Sequence record: PV611058.1
Strand: one strand, 5' to 3'
DNA: 64,000 bases
The notes under the pieces were generated by a model that saw nothing but the letters and a program-made list of their open reading frames with translations, was not told the DNA's origin and searched no databases. The number at the start of each line of letters is the position of its first letter. Position 1 is the stretch's first letter. The position numbers and the translations under genes are program-made. Of the stretch, positions 39,485 through 48,067 are shown piece after piece.

Positions 39485-39741
39485 TGTTTATTCCATTCTT
39501 TTTTGGCCTTGATGGTTTTATATTGGATTTGGTTTCTTAATGCTGATAAGTATCGTTGAATGAACAGATCTTGATAGTTTGTTCCAATGAATTTCATAAG
39601 ATAAAGTTCACCGTTGATAACATCCACTTCAGGTGCACCATATAAGGCATTGTTTTTTCTAAGGGCATGGATTAAAGAGAATAGGGCAGTTTGATACTCA
39701 ACTCCTGATAAAGTCTTCATGTTTTGTGAGCCAATAATCAT
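39469..39741 (-). CDS. GTNYQE-family small protein
   Basis: FIGTNYQDL. Confidence 0.8.
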   Translation of the reverse strand: MIIGSQNMKTLSGVEYQTALFSLIHALRKNNALYGAPEVDVINGELYLMKFIGTNYQDLFIQRYLSALRNQIQYKTIKAKKEWNKQCDTD

Positions 39742-39979
39742 CTAGTTTATCCTGTATAACATTCATTAATTGTTCGACATATTCTGTGCAAAACTTATCT
39801 TGATATTGAGTCCCCATAAAGTACAGCAACCATAGCTCATTAACTTTAGCTCGCATTTGGTTCCATGTAAGGCTGGGGTCATCGTAGACTATCCTTGCTA
39901 TAGGGGTTAGTTTACGGACTATAGTTTCATATTCATCTAGTGTTAAGTGTTTCATTTGCCTAAATCCCTGACATGACAT
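39698..39979 (-). CDS. GTNYQE-family small protein
   Basis: FMGTQYQDK. Confidence 0.8.
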   Translation of the reverse strand: MSCQGFRQMKHLTLDEYETIVRKLTPIARIVYDDPSLTWNQMRAKVNELWLLYFMGTQYQDKFCTEYVEQLMNVIQDKLDDYWLTKHEDFIRS

Positions 39980-40176
39980 TTTAAGGCCGTGATGTGGTTG
40001 TCTACCATAACCTCCTGATAGTTTGTTCCTACAAATGGTATTAATGTTGAGTCTGTTAGTATAACATACTTTTCATTGGATGTTAGTGATTCATCATCGT
40101 AAACTTGAAGTCTAAAGTTCTTCCCTTGTTCTAATCGTTTAAGATATTCTTGAGTGTTTATGTCTTTCATTTGCAT
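39952..40176 (-). CDS. GTNYQE-family small protein
   Basis: FVGTNYQEV. Confidence 0.8.
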   Translation of the reverse strand: MQMKDINTQEYLKRLEQGKNFRLQVYDDESLTSNEKYVILTDSTLIPFVGTNYQEVMVDNHITALKCHVRDLGK

Positions 40177-40385
40177 TTGTCCCTTATTAAATCAGTGAGG
40201 GCAACTATGTGTGCAACAACATACTCTTCCTGAAAGTTCGTCCCCAGTACAGCCATCATGCGTATATCGGTGGTGTTTATCCTGTGTTCCCTTACACATA
40301 AACCTTCTGTGTGAGGAAGTGTAAAATATTTGTTTATTGCAGCAACGATAATTTTATTCTTCTCGGAATTACTTAAATGTTTCAT
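40167..40385 (-). CDS. GTNYQE-family small protein
   Basis: VLGTNFQEE. Confidence 0.8.
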   Translation of the reverse strand: MKHLSNSEKNKIIVAAINKYFTLPHTEGLCVREHRINTTDIRMMAVLGTNFQEEYVVAHIVALTDLIRDKCK

Positions 40386-40594
40386 AGTTTACTCTTAATG
40401 TATTTCTGGAGTGCAATTATATACTCATTCAAGAAATGCTCCTGATAGTCTGTGCCGAGGAATGCACCCAATAGTATATCATTTTCCAATACTAATGCTA
40501 AGTTCAAATCATCAGTCTCTTCATATACTATGAGAATTTCAAGTTGTCTTGCAGCGACGCGTTCGGTATATAGATTTGAGTTAATGCTATTCAT
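40382..40594 (-). CDS. GTNYQE-family small protein
   Basis: FLGTDYQEH. Confidence 0.8.
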   Translation of the reverse strand: MNSINSNLYTERVAARQLEILIVYEETDDLNLALVLENDILLGAFLGTDYQEHFLNEYIIALQKYIKSKL

Positions 40595-40803
40595 AGTTTA
40601 CTCTTAATGTAATTCTGGAGTGCAATTAAGTATTCCCCTACATAATACACCTGAAAGTCTGTATCCAAAAATGCACCCATAAGTAAATCTTTTTCTAATA
40701 CCCTTGATAAGTTAAGGTCTGCATTTGAATTGTATATAATTAAGATTTTATTCTGGACAGAAACAAAACGTATCTTATATTCTTCTGGTGTTAAAAAAAT
40801 CAT
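40591..40803 (-). CDS. GTNYQE-family small protein
   Basis: FLDTDFQVY. Confidence 0.8.
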   Translation of the reverse strand: MIFLTPEEYKIRFVSVQNKILIIYNSNADLNLSRVLEKDLLMGAFLDTDFQVYYVGEYLIALQNYIKSKL

Positions 40804-41009
40804 AGTTTACTCTTAATATCTTCTATTAAAAAATGAATCCAATCGTCAACATACTCTTCCTGATGGTTTGTGTTCAGTACAGCCAACATGCGGATCTCTG
40901 CTCTTGCAACTTGGATTTCAGTTTTAGAAAGGTCTTTGCTGATATCAAACATTAAGTCCATGTATTTCAAGATAAGACCGAATGATTGGGTTCGTGTTAT
41001 AGTTTTCAT
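40800..41009 (-). CDS. GTNYQE-family small protein
   Basis: VLNTNHQEE. Confidence 0.8.
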   Translation of the reverse strand: MKTITRTQSFGLILKYMDLMFDISKDLSKTEIQVARAEIRMLAVLNTNHQEEYVDDWIHFLIEDIKSKL

Positions 41010-41206
41010 TGTTTCCTCGTGGACAATATTTTATTTTTCAATGTATCCATATATTGAATCACCCATCTTTCCTGATAGTTAGTTCCCAAAGTAATCAAAA
41101 GGTATAACTCCATTCGTTCTACGTGTGTGTCTGTATTATAAATCTTTGTGAAGTTTTTACGTAACAGTTCTTGATAATCTTCTTTATTTAAAATACGCAT
41201 TTTCAT
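41006..41206 (-). CDS. GTNYQE-family small protein
   Basis: TLGTNYQER. Confidence 0.8.
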   Translation of the reverse strand: MKMRILNKEDYQELLRKNFTKIYNTDTHVERMELYLLITLGTNYQERWVIQYMDTLKNKILSTRKQ

Positions 41207-41400
41207 AGTCTACCTTTTATGTCCCTTCGTAATTCTTGTAAGTATAGTTCGATATACTTTTCTTGATAGTTAGTTCCTATGAAAAGTTTCATAACCAATT
41301 CACGCTTATATGCAATACCACGGATATGTGACATATGTAAGATATATGCCATGTTGGATATGAGTGTGTGGTTGTGCTCTTCTTGAGTTAAAATACGCAT
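41203..41400 (-). CDS. GTNYQE-family small protein (first of operon)
   Basis: FIGTNYQEK; GGAG RBS. Confidence 0.8.
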   Translation of the reverse strand: MRILTQEEHNHTLISNMAYILHMSHIRGIAYKRELVMKLFIGTNYQEKYIELYLQELRRDIKGRL

Positions 41401-41430
41401 AGGGACTCCATTAAAAATAATATCAATCCA

Positions 41431-41458
41431 ATAATATACGATTCATATAAAAAGTCAA
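41431..41458 (-). promoter_or_regulatory. sigma70-type promoter for the GTNYQE array
   Basis: TTGACT-N16-TATTAT directly upstream of the first array gene. Confidence 0.65.
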
Positions 41459-41649
41459 TAACATTTTATTAGTAATACCCCTTTATCGAAGTCGCTAAGG
41501 TTACCCGCCCTTTAGCCCCCTACGCATTTTGCCATAGTCCAATCCCTTTTTATTCATAAAAGTCAAGGGATTACCTATGCATTTTTTTAACGCTGAAGTT
41601 TAAAAATGTCTTGACTTTTTTATGATTCAGTACTAAATCCTTTTACGCA

Positions 41650-41859
41650 TTAATCCTTCGTTACGCTTACGATTATCTGTGTATCCCCATAGTCCTGCCA
41701 TACTTCCACGCCAGCCGTCGCCCTGGTTAGTCGTGCTGTCATCTGCTTAATGGTCTTAGGCTTTAGTGGAACCTGTTGCAGTACTGTACGCATAGCACCA
41801 TCGACGTTATCATGTACGCCTGCAATAGTGCCTAGAACGTTGTATACTGTATAGATCAT
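41650..41859 (-). CDS. small hypothetical protein
   Basis: 69 aa ORF with AGGAG RBS. Confidence 0.7.
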   Translation of the reverse strand: MIYTVYNVLGTIAGVHDNVDGAMRTVLQQVPLKPKTIKQMTARLTRATAGVEVWQDYGDTQIIVSVTKD

Positions 41860-41883
41860 GTGTATGTACTCCTGATATAGTTA

Positions 41884-41902
41884 AGGCCGCTAGAGAGCGG
41901 CC
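41884..41902 (-). terminator. terminator-like hairpin
   Basis: GGCCGC-tctcta-GCGGCC after stop of the upstream gene. Confidence 0.5.
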
Positions 41903-41927
41903 TATGATGTTTGATGATGTGTAACGC

Positions 41928-42329
41928 TTACAACCCTAAGATAGTGCGTGCTTCGTTACGTTCCGTACACAGCTGCATGATGTGAGCAAGTAAGTCCTTG
42001 CTAATGTATCCGGTGTTCATAGCTTCACGAATAGATACATCATAAGCACCGAACCCAGTGCGAACGATACGCACATCATTCAGGTTAGTATTATAGATAC
42101 CGCCGAGATCAACGGCTTCGAATACTACATCAACAGAATATTCATTGTTGCCATCGTGGAAGTTTTCCAGTGCAATAGTATTGGAAACCGCCCAACGTTT
42201 GCAGTTTCCAATGATGCGGCACTGTTCCGGTTGGATAGTGCCATTACTTACAGCGTACTCCAGTGCATCTTTACCAAAAGTCCGAGCCAGTACTAAAACG
42301 TCAGCGAAGGAAGTGATTGAGAAGGTCAT
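41928..42329 (-). CDS. hypothetical protein
   Basis: start moved to MTFSI (AAGGAG RBS, cassette upstream). Confidence 0.75.
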   Translation of the reverse strand: MTFSITSFADVLVLARTFGKDALEYAVSNGTIQPEQCRIIGNCKRWAVSNTIALENFHDGNNEYSVDVVFEAVDLGGIYNTNLNDVRIVRTGFGAYDVSIREAMNTGYISKDLLAHIMQLCTERNEARTILGL

Positions 42330-42418
42330 GATAAAACTCCTTAATTTAGGAGGGAGAACCATTTCCCCCTCTCTATGTAAAACATTATACATGAATCTAA
42401 GTACTATGCAAGTACTTT

Positions 42419-42751
42419 TTACATTTTAATACCTGGATTCAGGTAGCGGTGAGATCCATATTCTGGATCGGTTTCGGTCCAGTACTGTAAATCTATAGTA
42501 CCTTTAGCGTTAATCTTATCTACCAGCTTATTCATCTTAGCGTATACTACATCAGCATCGATGCGTTTAAAGCCAGTGGCTTTAGTGAAGTAGTAGTGAT
42601 TTGCTTCACTATCATTCAGGATGTACCGAGAACCGTTTGCCGTTTGTGCGATAATGATTGAGTATTCTACGTTACGGTCGAGGCCGTCGATGAATACAGA
42701 GGAAACATTAGTACGGATGAAAGCTTTAACGATAGCGATTGAAGTAGTCAT
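42419..42751 (-). CDS. hypothetical protein
   Basis: own promoter cassette and AGGAG RBS. Confidence 0.75.
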   Translation of the reverse strand: MTTSIAIVKAFIRTNVSSVFIDGLDRNVEYSIIIAQTANGSRYILNDSEANHYYFTKATGFKRIDADVVYAKMNKLVDKINAKGTIDLQYWTETDPEYGSHRYLNPGIKM

Positions 42752-42901
42752 TTTGAATCTCCTAACTTTGTGGGCCGTCGCACCATTGCCGCCCTACGAG
42801 ATACATTATCGCAGTACTGATATACTTTGTCAATACTTTTTTTATTAATAGTTTTAGTTCCACCAGCAGATAGTTACTCACCGTTATTAACTATATATTT
42901 T

Positions 42902-42985
42902 GGATACACCTATGCACCCTGTGGGCTAGTTTTTGTCTATGCGTATATAATAGCAAAGGGACTGACCGGAGTCAATCCCTTTTTT
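42902..42985 (-). ncRNA. family-1 promoter-driven two-hairpin RNA element
   Basis: TTGACT-N17-TATTAT then ...CTA-GCCC-ACA-GGGT-GC-ATAGGTGTATCC; no ORF. Confidence 0.55.
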
Positions 42986-42997
42986 TATTCTTTTTTG

Positions 42998-43198
42998 TTA
43001 GATGATTCTCCAATCATCAACGATCATGGTAAGATACCGAACCAGTGATTCGAGTGATTCGTGTTCTCGATAGTCTGCCGCTCCACCAGCGGTACAAGTA
43101 CAGCCGATTAAGCCGTTTTGTAGTTCCTGGATCTTTACGTCGATCTGGTTGGCTTTAGCTTCTTTCAGTACTTCAACCAGGGCGATAGCGATAGACAT
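42998..43198 (-). CDS. small hypothetical protein
   Basis: own cassette, GGAG RBS. Confidence 0.7.
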   Translation of the reverse strand: MSIAIALVEVLKEAKANQIDVKIQELQNGLIGCTCTAGGAADYREHESLESLVRYLTMIVDDWRII

Positions 43199-43288
43199 AA
43201 TGTTTTACTCCAAACTATTGGCGGGAGAACTATTCCCCCGCTCTATGTAAAACATTATACATTACTGGTTAGTACTGTCAAATAGTTT

Positions 43289-43546
43289 TTATGAAATATC
43301 TTCGATGTAGTCGGCCCATTTCATTTTTTCAGTACTGTCAATGGCTACCGGATTATTTGGATCAAACCATTCACCATCACCGCAATACATACCCACGGCT
43401 ACGGTTTTATAGCCATCCTGGGCCGTACACCACGACATTGCACGATAGATATGGCCTTTAACTGGTTGCAGTACTGGTAACGTTTTATGGTCTTCTACGT
43501 AGGCCATAGCTTGAGGATTTACCCGATATTGTGTGAACTGATCCAT
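43289..43546 (-). CDS. small hypothetical protein
   Basis: own promoter, AGGGG RBS. Confidence 0.7.
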   Translation of the reverse strand: MDQFTQYRVNPQAMAYVEDHKTLPVLQPVKGHIYRAMSWCTAQDGYKTVAVGMYCGDGEWFDPNNPVAIDSTEKMKWADYIEDIS

Positions 43547-43622
43547 TATGTTTCCCCTTGTAGTTAGTAAAGTTATTACATCAGTACTATCAAGCTATGT
43601 CAATAGTACTGAAATAAAACTT

Positions 43623-43847
43623 TTAGATTAGATTATTGAGGCCGTCAATGGTAGACTCACTTTCTTCTTTCTCCCATTGTCGGTAGTACTTCCATGCTTC
43701 ATGATAGGTGGCGATTAGTTCATCTTTTTGATCCTGGTTACATGCCAGTACTGAATCACGGTGAGCGGTGTTATAGATAGAATCGAATGATTTCTTCTCT
43801 TCTGCCAGGTTAGCTACTTCCCGCATCAGTTCATCAAAGTTAGCCAT
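43623..43847 (-). CDS. small acidic helical protein
   Basis: own cassette, AAGGAG RBS. Confidence 0.7.
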   Translation of the reverse strand: MANFDELMREVANLAEEKKSFDSIYNTAHRDSVLACNQDQKDELIATYHEAWKYYRQWEKEESESTIDGLNNLI

Positions 43848-43914
43848 TTTATTACTCCTTTTAGTGGGGGAGGATATCTCCCCCTATGCAAAACATTATA
43901 CTTTGTTTTAGTTA

Positions 43915-44178
43915 TTATGCAAGTACTTTTTTCATATAAACATTAAATTCTACACCGCCGTAACCTTCCACGATGATATGTTTTGCGTTATCACGTTTGC
44001 ACATAGTGAAACCATCGTTTACGTGTTTTGCATTTTCCAGGGCGACATCACCGATAGCGGCACATACGGCACTAATAACAGTATTCCGCAAAGTACTGGT
44101 ATCATTGGCGGTCATAGTAGTTTGCAGTACTACGTTGTCGTATACGTGTGCATTGATAGTGATTTCGATAGTGTTCAT
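43915..44178 (-). CDS. hypothetical protein
   Basis: start moved to MNTIE (AGGAG RBS). Confidence 0.7.
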   Translation of the reverse strand: MNTIEITINAHVYDNVVLQTTMTANDTSTLRNTVISAVCAAIGDVALENAKHVNDGFTMCKRDNAKHIIVEGYGGVEFNVYMKKVLA

Positions 44179-44265
44179 GGTGTATCTCCTGGACTTGAGG
44201 GGAAACCATTTCCCCCTCTCGATATAAAACATTATACGTTAATCTAACTACAATGCAAGTACTTT

Positions 44266-44457
44266 TTAAATTTTATTTCCGATATAGTCCGGCATGTTCT
44301 TTTCAGTCATACGCTTTGCTAATGTCTGCATATGGCTTATAGCGTTCAAGGTGTCTTCCTCCAGGGATGAATCAAGATAATCAGGATCATTCTTCACCTT
44401 GCAATGATTATGATATCGTAGTACTGCCAGTACTTTTTTAACTTCTTCAACTGTCAT
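44266..44457 (-). CDS. small hypothetical protein
   Basis: overlaps stop of upstream gene. Confidence 0.65.
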   Translation of the reverse strand: MTVEEVKKVLAVLRYHNHCKVKNDPDYLDSSLEEDTLNAISHMQTLAKRMTEKNMPDYIGNKI

Positions 44458-44726
44458 AATAAGTACCCCACTTCGTTAGCTTTCAGGTTAGTATCAATCA
44501 TCAGTGGATTTTTGTAGTTCACAAAACGAGTAGTTTTCTCGATAGCGAAACCCATATAATCCAGCTTACTAACAGTACATTCATTCTTAAAAACTTCTTT
44601 CGCTGCATCGATGGCTGATTGCATGGATAACCGCCCATCTAAGTTAATATTTCCAAATGATCCACCAGCAGAAGTAGGATTACCGTTCATATCTTTAATG
44701 ATCATAGTAGCGGAGTAGCTGGACAT
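44454..44726 (-). CDS. small hypothetical protein
   Basis: own cassette, AAGGA RBS. Confidence 0.7.
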   Translation of the reverse strand: MSSYSATMIIKDMNGNPTSAGGSFGNINLDGRLSMQSAIDAAKEVFKNECTVSKLDYMGFAIEKTTRFVNYKNPLMIDTNLKANEVGYLL

Positions 44727-44815
44727 AATTTTGTTTCCTTTTATTGGTGTGGGGAGAACTATTCTCCCCTTGATGTAAACTATTATACAGTACTGATATA
44801 CTTTGTCAAATACTT

Positions 44816-45223
44816 TTATTCGCCCATATAGATTAGATTATCATCGCCTACATAGGGATCGCAAACGTTGATTTCTTCGCAGTACTTCGTGAATACATCG
44901 CCATAGTGACCTAAACCACGATCCCAAAAACCAGTTCCGTGACCTTCGCGGGTAAGGAACAGATCATGACCAGCTTGCTCATAACCGTAATCAATAAACA
45001 TACCGCGAACTACTTCCAGATCATTACCGTGTTTCTCAATGAAGCGAGAACATGCAATCACTGCCGCTTGATGGGCTTGCTCTGATAATTCATAATCTTC
45101 CAGGTAATCGCCGTTCTCATTGTGTACAGTACTGAATTGCATAGCTTCAATGTAAGCTACAACCATTGCAGCATGATTTTTATCGTTAGTGATGTTCCGA
45201 GCGAGATTAGTAGTAGTAGACAT
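44816..45223 (-). CDS. conserved phage hypothetical protein (GHDLFLTREGHGTGFWDR motif)
   Basis: motif pattern recurrent in phage proteins of unknown function; own cassette. Confidence 0.75.
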   Translation of the reverse strand: MSTTTNLARNITNDKNHAAMVVAYIEAMQFSTVHNENGDYLEDYELSEQAHQAAVIACSRFIEKHGNDLEVVRGMFIDYGYEQAGHDLFLTREGHGTGFWDRGLGHYGDVFTKYCEEINVCDPYVGDDNLIYMGE

Positions 45224-45306
45224 GATTTTATTCCTTATTGTATTGGGGAGAACTATTCTCCCCTTGATGTAAACTATTATACAGTACTGATATACTTTGT
45301 CAATAC

Positions 45307-45528
45307 TTAATTACGTTTAAAATGATATGTGCCTTTATCATCCTGTACGCCCCATACTGATTTACCATCAACACCAGTGAAACCGGATTGTAATTCAATA
45401 TGGAAACCATTATTATCAACTACAAAAACTTTTTTATTTTCATCCCGATAACATTGATATTCTGAATCAACATTAAAGGCCGCATCATTCAGTAGATTGG
45501 AAGCGTAAATGCAAGTCATTGTAGTCAT
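45307..45528 (-). CDS. small hypothetical protein
   Basis: own cassette, AAGGA RBS. Confidence 0.7.
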   Translation of the reverse strand: MTTMTCIYASNLLNDAAFNVDSEYQCYRDENKKVFVVDNNGFHIELQSGFTGVDGKSVWGVQDDKGTYHFKRN

Positions 45529-45650
45529 GATTTTATTCCTTATTGCCAGGGAGAACCGTTCCCCCTCTCGATATAAAACATTATACTTGATTCTAAGTAC
45601 AATGCAAGTACTTTTTAAAAAATAGTTTTCAGTACTGAATACTTATATAA

Positions 45651-45740
45651 TAGATACACTTCCGCACCCTATGGGTCAGTGAGTTATCTCTCAATGGATA
45701 TATAATAGCAAAGGGACTGACCGGAGTCAATCCCTTTTTT
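45651..45740 (-). ncRNA. family-1 two-hairpin RNA element
   Basis: TTGACT-N17-TATTAT; GAG-AGATAA-CTC-ACTG-ACCC-ATA-GGGT-GC-GGAAGTGTATCTA. Confidence 0.6.
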
Positions 45741-45748
45741 AATCTTTT

Positions 45749-46333
45749 TTATCGTGTTACCTTACTTGCTGCCACATCACGCTTTTTATAGTACTGATTC
45801 CAGATATTGCTGGTTAAACCGTAATCAAGTACTTTAATAAGTCCATTACGATCCTGGCCGATATTCTGTTTTCTGATATCTCTTATCGTTAGTGTTGATA
45901 ATGTATCATCAACGTGTTGTAGTGCATCAGCAAAGCGGTGCTGGCGTTCGATTGCATTACGTTTAATATTGTACTTTAATTCATTGCACGCGTTTACGTG
46001 CTTCACACTACCTTTGCTTGCAGTACTCAACCGATCCATAACGATAAACATATTATCAGGATCGCATAAATGCATATGCACCTTTGCAAAGTACTGTTTC
46101 AACTGAGGGCGGTCATAGTCTAAAAAATTCCATACCTTACATTCAGTTTCATTTTGTTCTACACCCGCATCACAATTCGCGACCTTAATCACTAACCGAT
46201 CATTTAAAGCGAAAACTATACGGGAAGAACCAGCACCGATGATCTCCAGGCCAGCTAACCGACAAGCTGAAAGGATCTCTTTGTTGGTTTCCATTTCTGA
46301 CAGTGTACGGATGAATTTAGTATAATTACGCAT
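45749..46333 (-). CDS. putative Ser/Thr protein kinase (minimal kinase fold)
   Basis: IGAGSSRIVF (Gly loop), VIKVA (catalytic Lys), QNETE (helix C Glu), RDIRKQNIG (catalytic loop), VLDYG (DFG-like); start moved to MRNYT (AAGGAG RBS). Confidence 0.75.
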   Translation of the reverse strand: MRNYTKFIRTLSEMETNKEILSACRLAGLEIIGAGSSRIVFALNDRLVIKVANCDAGVEQNETECKVWNFLDYDRPQLKQYFAKVHMHLCDPDNMFIVMDRLSTASKGSVKHVNACNELKYNIKRNAIERQHRFADALQHVDDTLSTLTIRDIRKQNIGQDRNGLIKVLDYGLTSNIWNQYYKKRDVAASKVTR

Positions 46334-46364
46334 TGCATGTTCTCCTTGAGTTAATGAAACTATA

Positions 46365-46607
46365 TTACAGTACTTTACTATCAATGGCAACTACTTTTTT
46401 AACATTAACGGCGTGGATCACTTCCTTCGTGTTTTTAGTACTGAATACTTTCGCCGCTCCTTGTTCGACCGTGATACGATAGCGACCATTAACATCAACC
46501 ATATTAATAAAGTCCGGCGTGCTGAATGGTGTTGTTTTACATTTGAGTACTGTTAACAGTTCCACCAGCGATGTAGTTTCTTTGATACGTTTTTCTAAAG
46601 TAATCAT
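46365..46607 (-). CDS. small hypothetical protein
   Basis: start moved to MITLE. Confidence 0.65.
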   Translation of the reverse strand: MITLEKRIKETTSLVELLTVLKCKTTPFSTPDFINMVDVNGRYRITVEQGAAKVFSTKNTKEVIHAVNVKKVVAIDSKVL

Positions 46608-46664
46608 TTTGTTTCCCCCGTGTTGGTATGTACATATAGTACTAAAACATTTGAGTACTGTCAA

Positions 46665-46883
46665 TTAGATAATATTATATTTCTTAAAATAAAATGCGTC
46701 CTGTGTTGGTTGATACTCGATACCGTTACCGTTATTGACTTCAACTAATAAACCTTTGTCAATTAGTTTTTTAATAGTACGATACCCTTGTTGAAAATTG
46801 GTAAAATGTGAATCATTACGAAAGGTATAACCGTGCTTAACTGCTTCATCAATAGTTTTCTTTTCGATTTTAGATAATTTCAT
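46665..46883 (-). CDS. small hypothetical protein (possible winged helix)
   Basis: start moved to MKLSK; TIKKLIDKGLLVEV...YQPT pattern suggests wHTH. Confidence 0.6.
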   Translation of the reverse strand: MKLSKIEKKTIDEAVKHGYTFRNDSHFTNFQQGYRTIKKLIDKGLLVEVNNGNGIEYQPTQDAFYFKKYNII

Positions 46884-46936
46884 TTTGTTTCTCCCGTGTT
46901 GGTATGTGTACATAATACTAAAACATTTGAGTACTG

Positions 46937-47191
46937 TCAACGTGATATTAGTTTTATTTTCTTATTGTATTGTTGATGCTCATAAAGGTTTATCTTTCCT
47001 GTGTTCTCGATTACTATCCTGTTGTTAGTGTCCACGTCGATTACACGCAGTTTACCGTTGCTTAACTTCCTAGGTAATAGGTTACCATTAATAAACTCAT
47101 TAGCAAGCTGTACGGCCTTTGTGATGATTCTCTGAGGTGCTTTATAGTGTACCCGTAAGATGTTATCTTTATATAGTTGAACCTTAATCAT
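46937..47191 (-). CDS. small basic hypothetical protein
   Basis: 84 aa, AGGA RBS. Confidence 0.65.
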   Translation of the reverse strand: MIKVQLYKDNILRVHYKAPQRIITKAVQLANEFINGNLLPRKLSNGKLRVIDVDTNNRIVIENTGKINLYEHQQYNKKIKLISR

Positions 47192-47204
47192 TTTGTTTGT
47201 CCTA

Positions 47205-47232
47205 TAAAAAAGGCGGGAACTGATCCCGCCGT
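47205..47232 (-). terminator. intrinsic terminator
   Basis: GGCGGGA-tcagt-TCCCGCC plus T6. Confidence 0.7.
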
Positions 47233-47252
47233 GTTGTTAGTACTGCAAGTTA

Positions 47253-47648
47253 TTAGATAACCTGGCGGCGTTTACTGTATACTGTTACACGATTACCCTT
47301 ACGATCATGTCGGATCTCTTTCTGGTTGCGAATCAGTTCACTTGGACGCTTAAGGTTTGCCAGGTGATCCGCGTGAGTCCATGCGGTGTGGTTTACCTGT
47401 ACTTTGATATCAGAATCAGCGATAAACTCATCTTGTGCGTCAAGTATTGCCGCCAGCATATCCGCTCGTTTTAGTTCTGCTGCTGTCAGTACTGGCTCAG
47501 GTGAATTCACAATATCAGAGATTTCTTTGAACTGTACGGCCCAGCGTTGACCTTTCGGTGCATCTTTGCCCATGTCTTTAAATGCTGCTCCTTCCTCGCG
47601 TGCAACAATACGGGCAGCTTCACGGGTAGCGTAGAATTTAGTAATCAT
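47253..47648 (-). CDS. hypothetical protein (paralogue of 61213..61479)
   Basis: FYATREAAR...FKDMG...GQRWAV and DRKGNRVTVY shared with 61213..61479. Confidence 0.75.
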   Translation of the reverse strand: MITKFYATREAARIVAREEGAAFKDMGKDAPKGQRWAVQFKEISDIVNSPEPVLTAAELKRADMLAAILDAQDEFIADSDIKVQVNHTAWTHADHLANLKRPSELIRNQKEIRHDRKGNRVTVYSKRRQVI

Positions 47649-47743
47649 GGTATACATCCTATTAGTTAAGTTAGTACTACAAGTTAGAGTCTATTATAAA
47701 GTACTATCTGGGCAATGTCAAATAGTACTTTAAATGGATTCTA

Positions 47744-48067
47744 TTACATGTCTTTCTTACGTTTTACATCGTAGTAGCGAACTGTAATTTCTTTGTTGAT
47801 CTCTTTCTCAATTCTGTGTAGTACTTTCTCTTTCGGGTTGAAACCTATTACAGTTTCCTTAATGATTTCTAAACCCGTGTACTCGCCTTGTGTGCCGTAA
47901 CCGTATGTAAAGGTTTCGTGTCCCAGGTCTTCCCAGCGATCACCAATCAATGCGGACACGTAGCAGGAGTGGTAAGTATTGCCGTGGCTATCAGTCCACC
48001 GATTAACTTTAATGTCAAAGGAGGTTACAATTTTCAGTTCTACTTTCTGGGTAAGGATCATAGCCAT
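47744..48067 (-). CDS. hypothetical protein (paralogue of 55124..55447)
   Basis: RWTDSHGNTYHSC...TFTYGY shared. Confidence 0.75.
   Translation of the reverse strand: MAMILTQKVELKIVTSFDIKVNRWTDSHGNTYHSCYVSALIGDRWEDLGHETFTYGYGTQGEYTGLEIIKETVIGFNPKEKVLHRIEKEINKEITVRYYDVKRKKDM

Larger units (their letters stand above)
34991..41400 (-). repeat. tandem array of 29 GTNYQE-family small genes (~220 bp period)
   Basis: every consecutive ORF of 65-94 aa carries (L/F/V/I)(G/N/D)T(N/D/Q)xQ; stop/start overlaps throughout. Confidence 0.9.

Noticed and set aside
34991-41400. Regularly spaced TCTTGATAGTT(T/A)GTTCC-like DNA repeat (~220 bp period) resembling a CRISPR or ncRNA array
   Set aside because: The repeat is the GTNYQE codon block of intact, coupled ORFs, varies at synonymous positions, has ~200 bp 'spacers', and no cas or RT gene is present in the window.
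45660-45690. Family-1 core TCACTGACCCATAGGGTGC loosely resembles the type I-F repeat (possible Racr)
   Set aside because: The CTGCC/GGCAG stem and 3' CTTAGAAA handle are not preserved; kept only as a low-probability hypothesis.
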